From: Azolla caroliniana
Taxonomy: Eukaryota; Plantae; Polypodiophyta
DNA: 64,000 nt
Direction of reading: 5' to 3'
NCBI GenBank assembly: GCA_043228905.1
Contig: JBHGNT010000018.1
Location: forward strand, 12,152,001-12,216,000
Part shown: in pieces, positions 12,816-25,070 of the stretch
Position numbering within the stretch: position 1 is the stretch's first letter
Layout of the letters: each line of letters starts with the position of its first letter
Program-made: the position numbers and the translations under genes
The notes under the pieces: model-generated
Database searches by the model: none
Told to the model about the DNA's origin: nothing
Seen by the model: the letters and a program-made list of their open reading frames with translations, nothing else

Positions 12816-15800
12816 ATGTTGTGCAACTCTAATATGAACTTCTCTCCAGACAGCATAGAAGAAGAACCTAAAATATGGGAGCATGAGAAGAAGCATGGAC
12901 ATACAACGATAACGAAGAAGAAGAAGGCAAAGAAGAAAAGTGTTGTCATCCCTTTCGATACTATTTTGGTAGCCTCACATCTCGGTGATTCCGAGGGTTT
13001 AGATCTTCTCTCATGGGCGATTAACGTTGCTGCTCGACCAGGGGATTCTGTTATTCTATCCCATTTCAATACGAAGTGTATGTCTTATTCTTCATTTCCT
13101 ATGGTTTTTTATGCAGTTGATTGTGACATCCTTAATGGGCTTGTATGCATTTTATTGTCTCTGCACTCATCCTTTCATGATCCTTAATGAATTCGTTAAT
13201 ATGAGTTTGAGTGTCTTCTTATGCATCCGTTGGTGACCCTTTCGTGGGTTTCTATTGCATCCTTTGAAGGCCAATCAATTGGCTAATGTAATTATACTTC
13301 GTAATGGTTGGTTGGTCGGTCATCAATTGATGCCTTTTCACTTCCATTTAGTTTCTGCTTTGTTGTCCTCCAGGGGAGACTACTTACGGTGGAAAACTAA
13401 AACGTGAAAACATTCAGGGTCAAGAGAGCTTGAGTGCAAAATTTGCAGCATTGAAAGATGTCTGCAAGATTAAGCAGGTAATACATAGACATGGAATCGC
13501 TCCATATATATATATATATATACCAGTTTGCATTGATGCAGTTCAGTGTCTCATGAAAACGTTGTTTGGGGCAGGTGAAATTGGACTTCAAGGTGTGCAA
13601 TAATTGGCTTGATATAATTCAGCAAGCTTCATCCAGTAATGCAACAATGCTTGTTGTGCGACCATCTAGTCAACGTGAGCTACTACGGTAAGAAGAAGTA
13701 TGGAAGAGAAACAAATATATGTGTGCTGTAACGCACATGCAAACTTTTTCGTTTTTCATTGTATATAGAGTGGTGGTATTTCTTCAGGAACATACAAAAG
13801 ATGGGTAACTCATTGGCACAGAGAATACCAGCAAGTTGCTCTGTTGCCATTGTGAAAGACTATAAGGTGCTTTTCTACAAGGAGAAAGCTTCTGACAGTA
13901 GCTGTATGGTTTCTGAAGGTGAAGCATACAATATTCTCATTGTTATAAGTATTACAAAGGATTAAACAGTTTTCCTATGGAGTAATTGTAATGGAGCATA
14001 TTCGGTTTGACAGAAACTCCAAATCTATTGCATGATTGGAGGACTGAGGGATTGAACCCTGCATCCTTTTCACATAATTCAAGTCCATGCTGGGGTAGAC
14101 AAGAGGAGAACGTTAAGTGTAATTTAGGCGGTAAACTATTGGCGAATGATGCTGGAGGGGGTTCTCCAAGAGGTGTTCTGGATGGATTTGGATTTTCATC
14201 AGAGTCCGACATGAGCTCACCTTCAAGTAGTCATTGCTCATTATCATATTCCCTCTCCCGAAAAGGATTGCTCTCTTGTGTTTCCTTGCAAGATGATAAT
14301 CAATCCATGTGTAGAGGTAGCCCAAAGAGAAGTATGTTTATGCAACGGTCATTCACATTTCCTTCAAATAAGCATCATAAGAAGTGTCCAGGTCCATTGG
14401 ATTGTAAACTAATGAGAAGCTCCTTCAAATCATACATAAATAGTCTTTGCAGCACAGAGAGCATGAGCCATGATCCATTGGCACCAGTGCCTGTGGTTGT
14501 GGATTGGAGATGCTTCTCTTATAAAGAACTCGCTATTGCAACAGATGACTTCAATTCTGGTTAGCATTTAATTTCTGCAATTTAGGGAAAACGCCATCAT
14601 ACCCCCAACTTGCTTGGTATTTACTACAGCAGCTCTAACTTCATTACTTACTAGATTATTCCTATGTAGTACAACTTTTACTATTGTAGAAAAGTATTAC
14701 ACTGAACTTATAATTTGTCTTTATTTTATGATTTAAGGCTGTATATATTGGCTGTTATGTTTCAGGGAATATGGTAGGAAAGGGAGGTCAGGCCGAGGTT
14801 TATAGGGGTATGTTGGATGATGGTAGGCTTGTTGCTGTGAAGCGACTCATACAGAAATCCTCTGGGGATGTTAAAGAGAAGGAGTTTCTCTCAGAGCTTG
14901 GCATCATTGGGCATGTGTCACATCCAAATACTGTTGCTCTCGTTGGATTTTGTGTTGAAAATGGGTTACATCTCATATTTGATTATTCATCTTATGGGAG
15001 TGTGTCAACATTATTACATGGTAAACACTAGAACTCCACCCTTGGAAATTTTTGAGCGATCAGAATAAATTTCCTGAAAATTAATGTTTATAGATGTCTG
15101 TGTGTGTGTATGTGTGTGTGTGTGCGTGTGCGTGTATGCACATGTATAGATGTATTCAATGTACATACATACATTACATATTTGTACTTGTGGAACGAAT
15201 TCCATGTACTTACTTATTTATACTCTGTAGGTGGAAATGAATCTGTTTTAGAATGGTCAATTCGTTACAAAATCGCTGTTGGAACTGCTCGGGGTGTCCA
15301 CTACCTTCATAGCGGTTGTCAGAGACGAATTATTCACAGGGATATAAAAGCATCCAACATCTTGTTAGGTCATGAATTTGAGCCACAAGTAAATATTTCG
15401 CCCCCTAAATTTGCTTTTAGATGTGCATTTTGAAATTCTTCTAATGATTTTAGCCTTATCATGTAGATTTCAGATTTTGGGCTAGCCAAATGGCTTCCTG
15501 GGGATTGTACCCAGTTGAGCGTTTTTCCTGTCGAGGGAACATTTGGGTAAGTTAAACACAACTTTCTATGCTAAAGCATTATCTTTAAGCATTTCCTTTC
15601 TACTTCATCTCACATCTCTAAGAACTAATTATTATGAGTGAGTTAAACAAGAATTATATGCTGAAGCACAGTGTGAAATCATCACCTGTTTACATTGTGT
15701 AAGAGACCAGAAACATCCCCACCCAATAAAATATTATGTTGTACTCATTTACGTGTTATGTATTTGATAGTGTTTAAACATCTCAGTTTAATCCTGATTT

Positions 15801-17293
15801 TGTAGTTTTAAATGCTGTGGTAAATGTTGTTGGCTCAAATCTAGAGTAATTCATGCTTATTATATATAATTCGTGATAACTTTAATTGTAAGATCATGAA
15901 CACTAACAGTAGTTTTCTCTTAATATTATGACTTTACATGTTCCTTTCACCAATCCAATGATTCAAAACTGCACCACTCTCTTATGGCAATGGTAAAAAA
16001 TGTGTATATATGTTTACTAACTCTATCGTACCTTGATGTTGGTTGATATGATAGCTATCTTGCCCCGGAGTATTTCGCGCATGGCATTGTGACTGAGAAA
16101 ACTGATGTTTTTGCATTCGGTGTGTTTCTACTTGAACTAATTACAGGGCGACAGCCTATCGATGAGCATCAACACAGCCTGGTTATGTGGGTAAGCATAT
16201 TATCTGAACCCCATTGCAAGCATTTCATTGATGGCAGACATCAAATTAAGAAATGAACTATCTATCCATGGCATGTCTGGCGTCATTTGTGATTATTCAA
16301 TTTTGAGCAACACATTAAACTACCCCTAAGTTATTGGGAATTTCCAGAATACCTTATATTTCAAAAATCACTAGAATTCTCTCTTATAGTTCAAAGACCA
16401 AGGAGAATTCCTGATAATGTTTTGAACACAGGGTTTTCTGGTTAATTTTGATGGGCATTCTTGAAATTATCCTAAACACTGAAGGAGAATTCCTGATAAT
16501 GTTTTGAACACAGGGTATTCTGGTTAATTTTGATGGGCATTCTTGAAATTATCCTAAACAATCTTTTCATCCCTTATCTGTTCTTGTTTGATAGGCAAGA
16601 CCTTTGCTAGAATCCTCCGTATCACTGGAGGACCTTGCTGATCCGAGGCTTGGGAGAGCATACGATCCTCAGCAAATGCGAAGTGTTGCATCGGCAGCGA
16701 AGCTCTGTATACAATCCTCAGCTTTTTGTAGGCCTAACATGAGCCAGGTGAGCTTGATTTTGACCTCATTCTTTTCTGGGCCTCTGGCAAATGGTCTTGG
16801 ACGTTTTTATTGGATAGTGTTCTATTCTAATTGATATCAGTATTCAATGTTTAATTTATTGCAATCTCCATTGCATACATATGTACTACGTACACATTCA
16901 TGCATGCCACTCCATCCACGATGCATCTGTATAGTACAGCATCCAAGTGTCTATAATGTATACATCCATCCATGCAACCCCATCCTTGATGCATCTCATC
17001 TGTATAGTACAGCATCAATGTGTCTTCTAAATGTATGTATACGCCACATTCATACGTGTACTTGAGGTTATTTTAGTCATGCACATTGTTGCATCTTTAT
17101 TTTGTAGGTACTGGAGTTGCTCACTGGTGGAGAAGTAGGGTTGTCCCATTGTATTGATGCACACCTCATTCAGCAATCATCTTGCTATCATGATGCATGT
17201 GAAGCAGATGAATATAGCTCGAGTAGCTATCTCAACGACTTGTCTCGTCACCGTCAAGTTGCCCTCCAATCAGAGGGACCCTTCCATCTCTGA
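12816..17293 (+). CDS. Receptor-like cytoplasmic kinase, RLCK VI (RBK-like), with N-terminal USP-like domain; exons 12816-13077, 13374-13477, 13575-13687, 13788-13918, 14014-14559, 14766-15020, 15231-15388, 15467-15546, 16055-16190, 16595-16747, 17108-17293
   Basis: GT-AG introns in consistent phase; [58 protein letters not shown] motifs; N-terminal ILVA...[16 protein letters not shown] is USP-like; C-terminal [13 protein letters not shown] typical of RLCK VI. Confidence 0.93.
16402..16560 (+). repeat. Tandem duplication of about 80 bp in kinase intron 9
   Basis: ggagaattcctgataatg...tcctaaaca present twice. Confidence 0.9.
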
Positions 17294-18514
17294 AAAAGGG
17301 GTTTGGCCATAATGTGCATATATACTATATATGTACACTAATTAATACAATGTATAAAATATTTTGGAGCAATATATGCAGTGTCATATGACTATTATGA
17401 CATGTGTAACAAATGATTTCTATATATTGCTTTTACGTCATTAGTCCATTTTTGAGTATCGTGACGGTTTTTATTTGATCGTTACAATTGATTATATGAT
17501 ATGTATATGTAAACAATAGTTGTGGGGATGAAAATTTGCTCTCTTATGCAATGCATGAATGTGGTACTTTCATGCTGTGTCTTGTTGACTACTTATTATC
17601 AATAGCTTTGTTGGGTTCCTCTGACTTCAATACAATTTCTTAATGTAGTCATGTGGCATGATTGTGGTCATGGAAAACAAAAATAGGCAATGATGCAAAA
17701 ATGTCATCCAACATAGTTGTGGCAGTTATAACTATAGGATAATATAATTACCTTGTAGTTGTTCTTAACAAGGAATCCTTTTGTGTGTTTTGACTAACTA
17801 ATATGTGGAACATGTGGATTAGTTTATTAGAACATTCGAGTATTTTTTTTATTATCATGCTACTAGTCTTTCCATTTCCATCAAGATTTGGCATAAACGT
17901 CAGATTTTAGCATAGGTGGGGGTGTTAACACATCTTGCCATTTCGTCATATCCATTTGGAAGTAGACTTGGCATTATTTTGATGTTGAAGCTTGATCAAA
18001 GTACATGGTGAGAGTGTTAATGCATAAATGCTAATGACTTTGAAAGCAATATATGTGAATAAGGCTATCAGTCTTGAAAGTTATGAACCCCATTCTTTGG
18101 TGCCAATATTGCTGATTAGAAGATCCTTTTAATAGATTCACATTGTGTGCGCTTGTGAATCTACATGCATGCGAAAATACATACGCAGTAGATGCATATG
18201 CATACATATACATATACATACACATACATACATTGAGGCAACGTATATGCGTTAGAATTGCACCAACGTTGATATAATGTCTGTCCTATGGATAGAGATA
18301 TATCGTCGCTCAACCTCCTAATGTCTTACATATATATTATTCATTGTGCTGCTGCCCGACCAACAACCACTCACTACTCCTACTACTAGCGCATCTGATG
18401 ATATGCATGCCTATATAGCAGCAGCAGCAGCAGCAGTAATGAGAGGGCGTAATTGAGTTGTATTTTAGATTAGGAATGTAGTAAGTTGTTGGTAAGTTAC
18501 ACAGTTAATTAGTT

Positions 18515-21500
18515 TCACACTGTCTTAATTAAATCCTTCTCCTGCTTTTGGAGAGATTGGAGAGATATTGTTGGTAAGGATAGCAGGATGGACATGTCCT
18601 CCTTCTCCTTCTCCTTCTCCTTCTCCTTCTCCTTCTCCTGCTGCTGCTGGCGACGAGCCAGGATGAGATGGTCCATGCAGGTGGCGTAGATGTGCCGAAG
18701 CGTAGGGTTCATATCCAGGGCATCATTAAACCATTTCTCCTCTTTCTCCTCCTCCTCCTCCAGAAGATTCACCAGGTCCTGATCTTCAGCACTCATCGAT
18801 CTCGCTGCATGAATCCAATATTCATCATGTTCTAGCTTTTTCTGTGCCCACTGATGATCCTCATCTGACAGCTTGCTCTTCTCCACTAATGAAGCTAAGT
18901 CCATTATCTCTTCAGAGCTCCTCTCTGAATTAGCGTCCTCCTCGTTTTCTAGCTTCCTTGTCATTCCTCCATCAATGTATTGGCTATATTGGATCAAGGT
19001 TATGGGACAATCCTGTGGCCGTGGCTCCTCCGCAGTAGTTGTCACGGTGATCAACAATTCTGGACGCACAGGAGTTTTCCCCATATTAATGAATTCTTGT
19101 TCATTGATGGCTACTGTTGCAGGAAGAGCAGTAGCAGTAGAAGTATTATTTTGCAGGTGGGATTGGGCAGCGTGTGTTTGAACACTAGCTGTAGCATCTA
19201 CATCTTTCTGCGTGTTGCTTCTTAATATACTCTTATTACAATAATGAGAAGATGATTTGCAGTCATCAGGATCTTGTGCTGACATATGATAAGAAGAAGA
19301 AGAGTTGATATCAAGGATCTGATCGTCATGTACATTATATTGTGGCCATGAATCAGCGGATACCCTCTGGACCTGATAATTATGTGTGGGAGATGTGTAC
19401 TCAGCCAAAACACTCGTGCTCATGGTCGAGCCCGCAGCAGAAACAATTGTGGTAGTCCGTTCTTTATGCAGCATGCCCAGTTCTACTTCGACAGCTACTT
19501 CATCCTCCTCACCACCCTCCTCCTCATCATCGACCTGAACCTGCAGCATCACGACAGTGCTAAAGAATTTATTCAGCTGTATGTATTTAATATATAATTT
19601 TTGTGACAATCAAGGCATGGCTTTGGAGCGAAATTATGGGAGCTCCATTTTAGCGTGTTGTAATTAAAGCTGGATGAAATAGAATGTTTATGATTTGCAA
19701 ATTCATTGTTTAAGGTGCACCACTTACAGAAATGGGCTTCACTGATGATGATGGCATGTTGTTGTTGTTGTACATTTGGGCTTCCTGGTTATAATTTGGT
19801 CTGCAGGATGCCATAAGCTCCGAGACAAGCCGTCTGGCCCACTTCCGAGGAGACAAGCCCTCCAGATCCTCCAAGCTGTAGCGGCAGTATTGTTTTGACG
19901 ACCTCCTGCTAACCATGGAGCATGATGAGCTTTTCATGGCGGCCTTCCTTTTAATAACCTGCGTCTGCATCCCTCCTCCTCCTCCTCCTCCTCCTCCGGT
20001 GTGTCCTACACCTCCACCTCCACCTCCACCACCACCACGATCTCCCCTGCTCATGATCCGAGGAGGTTTCGAATGCACCACATTAACGGGCTTCGTCGTT
20101 AATAATCTCGGCACAACAAGACTTCTATTAGCACAGGCGCCACTCCTGCTAGTACTGCTCTTCTGTACAAGGTTGTCTGAGCCAGATCCACTTTTTACGC
20201 TGGATAAGCTCAACAAATCGTCTGCAAAGGACCTTGTGCTGGGGCTGGGGCTGGGGCTGGGGCTGGGGCTGATCATGTCCTTGTTCTTCACGGCTGCAGA
20301 ATCCCTTAGAAGGTTGCCATCCAGATCTCTGGGGATAAAGACGGACTCTTCTTCTTCTTCTTCTTCTTGGCAGACGCTACAGCACTCGTGAGACACCGTG
20401 GATGAGGCGTCGACAGGATCACGCATACAAACTGAGCCTGATGATCTGCAGGAAAGGGATGCCGCCACTGCAGCTGCATTATCACTAGTACTATGACAAC
20501 CTTCCATTCCGGCTGCCTCCCCAACAGGCATATGAGTGCAGCAAGCATTCCCCCAGTGGCAGCACCTATGGTCGCTGGACAGAGGCCGCCTCTTTGTGCT
20601 TCGCGAAGGGGGCCTTACCAGAAGGTAGCTCGCTGACTGCAAGTTTATGACTTCATTCTCAGAGCGTGCCCGCGGGCTATGATGATGATGAAGAGTATCC
20701 TCCGCCTGATTATGCTGGAAACTGTGGAGGAAAGCTTCCTGCATCTTCTGCGAGCTTCGATGAGGATCAGGTACGGGAGAACATTTAGTCCTAGGTTTTT
20801 TGGCGGCCATTATATGTTGGTCCGACTCTACATCAAGAAGCCTGCTACACTTAATAAGGTAATTCATAGATGACCTCCGGCCGTCTGTGTCTGGCTGTTG
20901 GCCGTACTTGCATTGATTTTGTTTCTCATCACCCAATTTCACAATATTCAGCGCATGGCCGATGCTGCTAGATTGATAGGTGCTAGTATCGTCACTCTCC
21001 TCCATAGACTGCCTGTAGCTGTGAGCATCAGACTGGACCTCGATTACATCAGAAGCCGAACGATCAGAATTTAGCATCGGCTCCTGTAGCTGCTGTAATT
21101 GGCGATCGTAAACCATATTTCTGTCGCTGTGGAGCAGGTGGTAATTGTTACCCGCAGACTCATGAAAGGTGAGGTTCATTTGATTGCGGAGACAGGTGGG
21201 CCCGGAGGAGAAGCGTTCCCATGCGTCCAGACCTGACGAAGAGGAATACTGTATAGAAGAAGGAGGAGGAGGGGAGGCAGAGGAAGAGGAAGAGTCGGTT
21301 GAGTTGGAAGGAGAGGAAGAAGGGGAGGCAGGTATTACGGGTAGGGAATTGGAGATGTCGGAGAGATTGAAGTGAGCGAAGCTATTGGGTTGGTTGGAAC
21401 AGAAGAGGCTAGGGTTAGGGTTGGGATTGGGATTCTGAAGAGGGTTAGGGAAAGGGCTAAATGCGGCGGTAGAAGTGGTAAGGTTAATGAAAACAGCGGA

Positions 21501-22161
21501 AGAAGAAGGGCGGCTGGTGCTTGTGCTAGTGGTAGTGGTAGTGGTAGTGGTAGTGGTAGTGGTAGTGCGGCGGAGGAAGGAGGGATAGATGGAAGTGTCG
21601 TGGGGGTTCTTCCTGCGCTCGGTGATGGAGCGTTGGGAGCGGATTCGCCTGCACATGGAGAGGAGGTTGTGGAGGTGCGAGATGGTGGCAAAGGGCGACT
21701 GAGACCGATTATTGATTTGGATCTCCCGCTGGATGTTGCGGGGGAGGAGGGGGAGGAGGAGGCTGGAGGCGGAGGCGGAGGCACCGGTGCCGGCGCTAGC
21801 GCTACTACACGGCGGCCATATCAGGCTCTTGATTCGAGTCCTCCGGTTGCGACTCAGTGCGCCTGCACTGATGACGGGCAGAGCCGCAGTGCTTAACGAC
21901 CTCCTCATTCCTCCTCCTCCTGATCCTGATCCTGATCCTGATCCCCATCCGGCCCCACTCCTATGAGGAGGAGGAGCAGGAATCATCATCGTCTTTTTCT
22001 TCTTCTTCTTCACCTGTGCCACCCGCCTGAATGTCTCCCTCACTTCCGCCATCTCCTTCTCCTTCTGCACTGCGTGCTGCTTCTGCTTCCTCCGCCGCGA
22101 TGCCGCCTGCATCCCGCTCCCACTATTACTATTACTATTACTATTGCTATTGCTATTGCTA

Positions 22162-22201
<40 letters not shown>

Positions 22202-22235
22202 ACTTCTGCTGCTGCTGCATCATCATCGGTGACAA
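18515..22235 (-). CDS. Uncharacterised low-complexity protein of about 1,180 aa; exons 22235-19728 and 19540-18515
   Basis: 841-aa and 364-aa ORFs joined in phase 0 by a GT(AAGT)...CAG intron; triplet-only repeats preserve the frame; no recognisable domain. Confidence 0.72.
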
Positions 22236-22516
22236 CGATGACGAAGACGATAGAGCATCATCTTCTTCCTCTCTTCGTAGAGAGCTTATCTATCTATCCG
22301 CTTCTTCTATTCTTATTCTTGTTTGGTTAGGTTCGATTAATGCCCGTCTAACCTCCCTCTCCCTCTCGTCCGTCTGTTACGTGGTCGTGGTTAACCAAAT
22401 CATCCATCCATCATTACATATGTACCCCTTCCTATCTTAATCCAATCTAATCTAGTCTTTTTATTATAATTCTTTTAATCCTATGAAACAACAATTACAT
22501 GTTTGTCCTACGAGAG

Positions 22517-22551
<35 letters not shown>

Positions 22552-22778
22552 AACACACACACATAGTAACGGAGAATATGGTTTCATTTCCATCCAAGTC
22601 TCTCAAAGAGGACCGGGGTCTTGAAGGGTTCCAATGGTCTAGTGTCAATGTAAGTGGTATCTTGATCATAGCTTCTAGGCGGGATAACTCCCATTCCCTT
22701 ATCTTTTTTATTGCTTCTACACTAACTTTGAAGCTTGGTGCTCGATGGCATTTGTTTGCTCTTTGGTTCCACGTTCAT

Positions 22779-22814
<36 letters not shown>

Positions 22815-22828
22815 CGAAAAAGCCCTGA

Positions 22829-22901
22829 CGGGCATAGCTCAGTTGATAAGATTGCCCAATGAAGACCAAGAGGTCATGGGTTCAACCCCTATCTTCCACA
22901 A
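22829..22901 (+). ncRNA. Free tRNA-like (tRNA-Phe-resembling) sequence, SINE head or tRNA pseudogene, homologous to the LTR cassette
   Basis: GGGCATAGCTCAGTTGATAAG-ATTGCCCAATGAAGACCAAGAGGTCATGGGTTCAACCCC; shares ttgccc...ccaagaggtcatgggttcaaccc with the 1759-1833 cassette; anticodon arm does not pair. Confidence 0.65.
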
Positions 22902-22999
22902 TGGCATCTAGTGAATTAGGAAATATCTATAAAGTAATAGAGAGATGAGAAAATTAGGTTTTGAACCCAAGGCGTAGTGCTCGTAGCCGCGAGATTCCG

Positions 23000-24450
23000 C
23001 ATTATGACGCCATCACACCACACCAAAGGTGGTTAATGTTCCACGAAACCACATCACTCCCTCCTACACCCACACCTACAACATTGCATTGTGAGTGTTG
23101 AGGAAAGAAGTAGGAGGATGTACCACCACCACCACCACCCACATCATACACTGTTGGATAGTTACTTCTATAGGACAAACCTTGGTGCTTGGATAAATTA
23201 GCATTAGCTATTATGTAGCCCAGATGACCCTCACCAGAACGCAATCGTCAAGACCTTGTTTTTGGAATTCGGTAGTTGCTCAAAACCCCGACCCATGGTT
23301 GGTTATTCAACAAAACCCCCTCCTTAGAGATAATCCTTCACAAAAGTGGACTTCTTGTCCATGTATCATGATCAAGTCATTCCTAGGACTCCTCGTGTCA
23401 TGCCATGCCACAAAATCCATTCCTTCACTATGATTCTTATTTTGTATTTACCCACAAGAGCCATCAACCTTTTACTTAGCTCTCATACACATGGGTTCAA
23501 GAGTTCAAATAGTTGAATCAAAGCCAAAGAAGTAGGCTATGATATGACCTAATAAAATCTAAGTTTTGAAATTGAGGCCAAGAGACATGAAGGAAAAAGT
23601 AAAGTTGTGGCAGAAGTCAAACAAGGGCAAACAAGCGCGCCGATCACAACTTCATGATTCTAATGAGCATATTCCTTGACTCCCCGGGATTATGAGGTCC
23701 TCATATATGAATAACAACTTTTACCCCTCATTCACATTTGACCAATAAGTAGGTTACCATTCTTCTTATGTTTCACTTATCCCCTTTGAAGTATGTGGAC
23801 CTTCGTTCCAAAGATTTGTAATAGTCAAGAAAATTGTAAAAAAACTCTCCTCCTCAATCAAACATTACCTTCATTTCTTGATGCTTCTCCACTATCTCAT
23901 GCCACTTTCTAAATCCTCCAAGAGCCTCAATCTTCTCGGCCTTGAGAAATTAAACCCATATCATTCTATTGTAATAATCTATTTTGAAGAAGTAGGATGA
24001 CTTGTCTAATGCTTTAATCATCATCTCTCCACAAAGCTCAGCCTATTAGAGCTAACGGTTCTTAGTAAAGGTTCAAGACCAAGTATATGGACCATTTGCA
24101 CACAATGATGGTGTTCTCAAAACATGTAAGTGGTATCCAATAGTTCCTTCACAAACTTAGAACTAAGTAGATCAACAATGATGCTTAGATAGTACCCAAC
24201 AATAAGGCTACAAAAGGAAAACGACTATTAGAAGATGGTACACATTATACACAAGGATAAAGCTCCAAAACTAATGCATGATTCTAAGATTCTCATGTGC
24301 AAACCATTATGATGCACTCATAACGCTACGAGAAGACCCACTTTTTAAGACATAGTTTTCTTCATCACATTATAACTTGGAATATATGGTTCATACTTGG
24401 GTAAGCAATCAATATATTTCCAACCACTCCATGCAATTCATATTTATGAT
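23000..24450 (-). mobile_element. Highly decayed retroelement gag-like remnant
   Basis: Weak zinc-knuckle-like residues (GEGH, CGM..HEE) on the minus strand; many stops. Confidence 0.3.
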
Positions 24451-25070
24451 AAAAATCTCCCGTGGAGGTCTTGGTCATCAGAAAACTAGCAAATTATTTC
24501 TATCAATTAACTACATCCACCTCTTGAGTGCAACTAATGTATGTAAAGTATTGACGGAATTTTATTAAGGACCATGTTATAAACACAAGGGAGAAAGACT
24601 TTAAGTTGTGTGTCTATGTATGTATGTGTAAGGAGACAAAAACTTCATATAGTATTGAGAACAACTTATATTGATTAGGTGGAGAATTAAGGAGAAAAAA
24701 TTAGATAAAGAGAGGGTTGGTTTATATGAAAAAGACTTATGAATTAAAAGTGAGTAAAGTAAACCAATAATTCATATAGAGGGAATGAAGGCGTCCAATG
24801 CATTCAATATTGAGAATATATCCCATACACTTATCATAAAAAAAAGTTCATCTCAAAAATTTGAGTAGAACAAGCTCGTCAAACAATCCATTAGCAACCA
24901 TTTGTTACTAGTATTATAATTTGCTTTTAAAAAGGGGTAGTTAGCATGGTGATAGTTCTTGGTTGTAAAAGAGTAGCAAGGGCAATAGTGAAGTGAAGAC
25001 TTTTATGAGAGTAAAATATAGACAAAAGTGGTAACATTTGTGCAATTGGGACGAACGCATAACTATTAAA

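Noticed and set aside
19915-22440. Plus-strand ORFs overlapping the orphan gene
   Set aside because: They are antisense shadows of triplet repeats in a GC-rich exon, with no independent support.
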